Source: a virus (lineage: Duplodnaviria; Caudoviricetes). From it: a stretch of 40,548 bases of DNA. The stretch lies in IMG/VR virus record IMGVR_UViG_3300050162_000081, positions 1 through 40,548 of that record, one strand, 5' to 3'. Position 1 is the first letter of the stretch; every line of letters starts with the position of its first letter. This document shows positions 36,772-40,548 of this stretch, one piece after another. The notes under the pieces are model-generated. The model searched no databases. It was not told the DNA's origin and saw only the letters and a list, made by a program, of their open reading frames with translations. Both the position numbers and the translations under genes were made by a program.

Positions 36772-36928
36772 ACCTACTAGATGATCAGATAGAGATGGAT
36801 TCTTCGAGTGAGCTGATGCATCAAATAAAGCAATAGGACAATATCATCTCGACGATGACCCTGAGCTATCAGATGAAGAATATGATAGACTCATTCTAGG
36901 ACTATTCATGAAATGCGCTATGCATTGA
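36768..36928 (+). pseudogene. Frameshifted remnant resembling NAD-dependent DNA ligase domain Ia
   Basis: MNLLDDQIEMDSSSELMHQIKQ* then, in another frame, QYHLDDDPELSDEEYDRL. Confidence 0.55.
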
Positions 36929-36942
36929 CTAGGAGATAATAG

Positions 36943-37260
36943 ATGGCTGTTGCTATAGAGTATGGATTACTGACTGGTCTTATTGCAGTAGTATTCGTTG
37001 CAGGTGCGTCCTATATGAATGATAAAAAACATGATCCCCACAAGACATCTGCCCCTACTATAAGCTCAGCTCAGCAGGTGATTAACAATTCAGTATTAGT
37101 GGATAAGATTCCAGATAATACAGTAGGCACACATTCACATGTCGCTATAGATAAAGAAACTGGGTGTAGATATATAATCATAGGTCCTGGAATCACTGTC
37201 AGGTACACTACAGATGGTAAAGTAGATTGTCCTTATGCATCCATACCAAAAGGGAGATAA
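36943..37260 (+). CDS. Protein with Flp-pilin-like N-terminus and DUF6440-like C-terminus
   Basis: RBS AGGAG; MAVAIEYGLLTGLIAVVFVAG; IDKETGCRY…GITVRYTTDGKVDC. Confidence 0.65.
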   Translation: MAVAIEYGLLTGLIAVVFVAGASYMNDKKHDPHKTSAPTISSAQQVINNSVLVDKIPDNTVGTHSHVAIDKETGCRYIIIGPGITVRYTTDGKVDCPYASIPKGR

Positions 37261-37261
37261 C

Positions 37262-37708
37262 ATGAGTACTGAACCACAAGAAAAAGAACATGCAGTAGAA
37301 GCGCTTATCGCTACTATCAAAGGTCGTCTTTGGACAGCATATGCATATAGGCTGAATGAAGGGTATACCACTCAGGAGCTGGCTGCTGTCATCTATATGA
37401 CTCCTGAGGCATTTGTAAAAGCATTGGATGTCAAACCTAACGGTCATATGGGGACTGTTGGCCTACTAGGTCATGCGTTGGGATTTGAGTTTGATCTTTC
37501 CTTGAAACCCTCGTCACCTATCGTCGATGAAGAAAAATCTACTGATACTCCGATGCAGAGCATAGACTCGATCATGGAGTCTTTACACATGCATGAACTC
37601 AACGAAGAAGTGGTTCCTGAAGACGAGACTTACGAGTATCATAAACAACGTCAAGAGTCATTTAAGATGGCCATCGAGAACCTTAAGAATATAGTCAATA
37701 AACAATAG
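37262..37708 (+). CDS. Possible HTH-like protein
   Basis: RBS GGGAG; GYTTQELAAVIY…LGHALGFEF. Confidence 0.5.
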   Translation: MSTEPQEKEHAVEALIATIKGRLWTAYAYRLNEGYTTQELAAVIYMTPEAFVKALDVKPNGHMGTVGLLGHALGFEFDLSLKPSSPIVDEEKSTDTPMQSIDSIMESLHMHELNEEVVPEDETYEYHKQRQESFKMAIENLKNIVNKQ

Positions 37709-37863
37709 TAGATATAATACCCTCTATAAAAAACTCAACACTGAATATGATCTTGTGAATGAGCTTTTGTAATATCTGATAAGTTTGTTCAGTCCACCAA
37801 CATTAATCATCCAGTCATTCGTTAGGTGAGTACATCCACTCATCATAGAGGGATTTGAGTAGT

Positions 37864-38655
37864 ATGGCAAGATCCAATCGTTCTGCTAATCGTATTCAGC
37901 AACGTGGAGAAGATCAGAAGATACGAGGTAAGTTTAGTAAACCTCGCGAAGGTTATGGTGAGTATCAAATTAGGAATCAGAATAATCCTAGAAACCATAA
38001 ATTTCAACCTCTGACTAAAAACCAAGCTGTACTATATTCTACTATAATGGCGAACACACTGACGTTTGCTATGGGTCCTCCAGGCACTGGTAAATCCAGG
38101 TGTGCGATAGAAGCGGGCTGCGAACTACTATTATCCGGACAGATTGAACAACTTATTCTAACCACCTCGGACTTTTCACTAGAAAAGGAGTTGGGAGCCG
38201 TTCCGGGCGATGTGAATGACAAAATAGCTCCAAGAATGAGACCTATGAAACAACTTCTAGAAAAGATTCTAGGAAAGTCTCATTTAGAGAATCTAGAAAG
38301 AAATGGAAAAGTAGTATTTGAAGCACTCGGACTTATTCTTGGGTTAACATTTGATAATGCATTTGTTGTGGTGGACGAAGCTCAGACTATGACCCCTATC
38401 CAAATGAAAGCGTTGTTAACTAGAACTGGTCAGAGGACAAAGGTGGTACTAGCCGGTGACGCACTTGATCAAGCCTATATGAATGAATATAGTGGATTGG
38501 AAGACGCATTTTTACGAATGCTTCCTTATCCAGATGTCGGCCATGTTACATTTACATTAGCTGACATTGTTAGATCTGATTTTGTACGACATGTCACTGA
38601 AGCTTATCGTACTAAACCATCTAGTGCTAGTCAATATGAAGAAGCGCAAAATTAA
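37864..38655 (+). CDS. phoH: PhoH-family ATPase
   Basis: GPPGTGKS, LGAVPGD..DKI.P, VVDEAQ, LTRTG..TK, GD..Q, DIVRS. Confidence 0.92.
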   Translation: MARSNRSANRIQQRGEDQKIRGKFSKPREGYGEYQIRNQNNPRNHKFQPLTKNQAVLYSTIMANTLTFAMGPPGTGKSRCAIEAGCELLLSGQIEQLILTTSDFSLEKELGAVPGDVNDKIAPRMRPMKQLLEKILGKSHLENLERNGKVVFEALGLILGLTFDNAFVVVDEAQTMTPIQMKALLTRTGQRTKVVLAGDALDQAYMNEYSGLEDAFLRMLPYPDVGHVTFTLADIVRSDFVRHVTEAYRTKPSSASQYEEAQN

Positions 38656-38660
38656 TCAAT

Positions 38661-38712
38661 AGTAGGTAGAGGCTCACGCCTCTACCTACTCACCTATATT
38701 TTATTTTTATTC
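38661..38712 (+). terminator. Stem-loop terminator
   Basis: AGTAGGTAGAGGC-TCAC-GCCTCTACCTACT with a downstream T tract. Confidence 0.65.
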
Positions 38713-38752
38713 TCATATATCCGACCGTATGAAGCTTATATAGGAGTATGTC

Positions 38753-39184
38753 ATGAATATCACAAAATGGATCAGTGAACTTTCACTAATGCTGTACAAA
38801 CATATCAAACGAGGTACTGTGTACACAGTTATTGGCACTGGAGAAGTCCAAGACGCATCTGGATTGGGTATACAAGAAGGAGATAAGGCATCCATCTATT
38901 TCGGCTCTGATGGTAAGATGTGGATTAGGAAAACATCTGAATTCTTAGATGGTAGGTTTGAATCACTAGGTCAAATTACACAGAAAGAGATTAAGATTCA
39001 CTACAGGATAGATTTCTTTGCTGATGATCAATGGCATCATTCGGATCATGAGTGGTATGATATCTCTGAAACTGAAGCAATTCATCGTTATAATAAGATA
39101 TGTGATGAGGGAGGTAAGAATTATCAAGGCTGTAGCTACAAGCTAGTAGAGGTAGTAGAGAAGACATTGAGGATACTCATATGA
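38753..39184 (+). CDS. DUF1653-like domain protein
   Basis: YKHIKRGTVYTVIG…GKMWIRKTSEFLDGRFE. Confidence 0.65.
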   Translation: MNITKWISELSLMLYKHIKRGTVYTVIGTGEVQDASGLGIQEGDKASIYFGSDGKMWIRKTSEFLDGRFESLGQITQKEIKIHYRIDFFADDQWHHSDHEWYDISETEAIHRYNKICDEGGKNYQGCSYKLVEVVEKTLRILI

Positions 39185-39405
39185 GTAAATCTCCAGATCA
39201 AGTAATCGATGATATCATCAAACTCATAGAAGACATGCCGCATTTTATACAGGAACCTGATACTGTCATACCCACATATGAGGAATATGATGAGTATGGG
39301 CTACCTACTGGGTACACAGTACCTTCACGCGTAGATTCATCTAAACGACTGAGTACCAGACAGGATATCGTGGATGCCATCAACTCTTATAGGAAAACAT
39401 TATGA
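39181..39405 (+). CDS. Hypothetical protein
   Basis: ATGA overlap. Confidence 0.55.
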   Translation: MSKSPDQVIDDIIKLIEDMPHFIQEPDTVIPTYEEYDEYGLPTGYTVPSRVDSSKRLSTRQDIVDAINSYRKTL

Positions 39406-40034
39406 TCGATCCAATGGATAATGCTTCCATCCTTAATTGGTTAGATGAGCCTACTAAGATCAGTGTATTTGAGGGAGCTGATTGCACAGGGAAATCAACT
39501 CTAGTCAATAGAGTCATCACTGAACTCAGTAGTGATTATAACGTAGTCAAACTAAGGTTTCCAGATAATCGAGGTGATGTGGGATTACGAGATAAGATCT
39601 TATCATCGGATATGAGTATTAATCGACTAGGATCTGTATTCTTATTCCTAGCAGATTTTGCTCATGGATTCGAGACTCAGATTAAACCTTATCTCTATGA
39701 TAACGACACTATATTTATATGTGATCGGCTATATCCTAGTACGTGTTTATACCAAAATGTATCACCTGTATGGCTATCTCAGGTGTTTGACCAGGAGTGT
39801 TTCAGAGAGTTTCTAAACACCATGATGAGTGTGAAGTACTTCTATCTCATTCCAGAAAATATGGATGATCATTTAATCCGTATGAACAACCGCCCAGACT
39901 CTGATAAGAACAGTTATGATCCAGAGTCTATGAGTGAAGTACAAGCTCAACTACTCAAGTATCGTAACTTTTATGAAGAACATTATACGAAGGGTCTATT
40001 AGGATCTTTTGATGCAGTGAAGATAACTGTGTGA
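39402..40034 (+). CDS. tmk: Thymidylate (dTMP) kinase
   Basis: FEGADCTGKST, LRFP, LFLAD, ICDR…ST..YQ. Confidence 0.8.
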   Translation: MIDPMDNASILNWLDEPTKISVFEGADCTGKSTLVNRVITELSSDYNVVKLRFPDNRGDVGLRDKILSSDMSINRLGSVFLFLADFAHGFETQIKPYLYDNDTIFICDRLYPSTCLYQNVSPVWLSQVFDQECFREFLNTMMSVKYFYLIPENMDDHLIRMNNRPDSDKNSYDPESMSEVQAQLLKYRNFYEEHYTKGLLGSFDAVKITV

Positions 40035-40067
40035 GAAATAATTAAATTGGTATTTATTAGGTGCTCC

Positions 40068-40105
40068 TAGAGGATACTGAGCCGACATCGGCTCAGTATC
40101 CTCTA
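40068..40105. terminator. Long inverted repeat
   Basis: TAGAGGATACTGAGCCGA-CA-TCGGCTCAGTATCCTCTA. Confidence 0.6.
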
Positions 40106-40186
40106 TGTAAATAAACAATATTAATTTAATAGCGAATAAAAAATTACTATGTATTATTAATGCTGAATAGTACTTGTGGAGACAGA

Positions 40187-40468
40187 ATGATGACCAGCTA
40201 CCGTATCATCCAAGACGACCAGCCCGTAGCATGGGCGGGTATCCTGCGCGAGGTCATACATTATGTCGCAGTTTACGCGCAGGATTGGGCTTTATACTAT
40301 ACGTCGATGTATACGAATTTGCACATCCTGGCCACGCAGGCCCAAATATGCGTGACCATGCGGCTATCCGTGAATGGCTATTTTTCTCGCCGCAAGAAGA
40401 TCGACAAGATGTTCACCACGACAAACTTCGCCGCCTTGCTGGCGATTTTTAGGAATATCGACGTGTAA
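40187..40468 (+). CDS. Hypothetical protein, GC-richer than the rest of the window
   Basis: RBS GGAG before ATG 40187; many G/C-ending codons. Confidence 0.5.
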   Translation: MMTSYRIIQDDQPVAWAGILREVIHYVAVYAQDWALYYTSMYTNLHILATQAQICVTMRLSVNGYFSRRKKIDKMFTTTNFAALLAIFRNIDV

Positions 40469-40548
40469 AGTGGGGCCAGTTGTTACGCTGGCCCCAAGGC
40501 AATACCGGGGTTTAGCCCGGCGGGCGCAATCACCCAGACCAATTACCC

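Noticed and set aside
36834-36836. TAG recoding (alternative genetic code)
   Set aside because: Long genes are intact under the standard code and nrdA ends at TAG. The ligase-like remnant needs a frameshift, not readthrough.
2210-39383. Short minus-strand and nested ORFs in the track (e.g. 2210, 3710, 5656, 8791, 15933, 22794, 30700, 33234, 38004)
   Set aside because: They lie inside better supported + strand genes and have no recognisable motifs.
40174-40452. Overlapping 92-aa ORF
   Set aside because: The 40187 frame has the RBS and the more gene-like codon pattern.
40469-40548. tRNA or tmRNA
   Set aside because: No T-loop or D-loop consensus and no cloverleaf is visible; the GGGGCC segment pairs locally.

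Overview
This is a ~40.5 kb segment of a phiKZ-like (Chimalliviridae-type) jumbo phage genome. The NrdA type, a signal peptide ending ATPAYA and an Flp-pilin-like motif suggest an alphaproteobacterial host (inference). The left end carries a 5'-truncated terminase large subunit with two Ala-start mini-inteins back to back inside its Walker A motif. Next come a phiKZ-like core gene, nrdA (with a LAGLIDADG intein), nrdB and an HNH endonuclease. The rest is about 30 kb of mostly small + strand accessory genes with phiKZ-type TATATTAC early-promoter motifs and long GC-rich hairpins. Recognisable products include a DUF2829/Tad2-like protein, a metallophosphoesterase, MazG-like and DEDD exonuclease proteins, a macro-SLOG fusion, PhoH and dTMP kinase. 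The most striking pattern occurs twice and is absent from the ORF track. An HNH gene sits inside a host gene at a conserved motif; the old 5' piece ends in a stop codon overlapping the HNH start, and a diverged replacement 5' end behind the HNH restores a full-length gene (18235-19289 and 33335-35263). Other highlights are an orphan intein N-fragment, a 12-nt repeat with only non-synonymous variation, a mature-Flp-pilin mimic and a covarying hairpin family. All family assignments come from motif recognition by eye; no searches were run.
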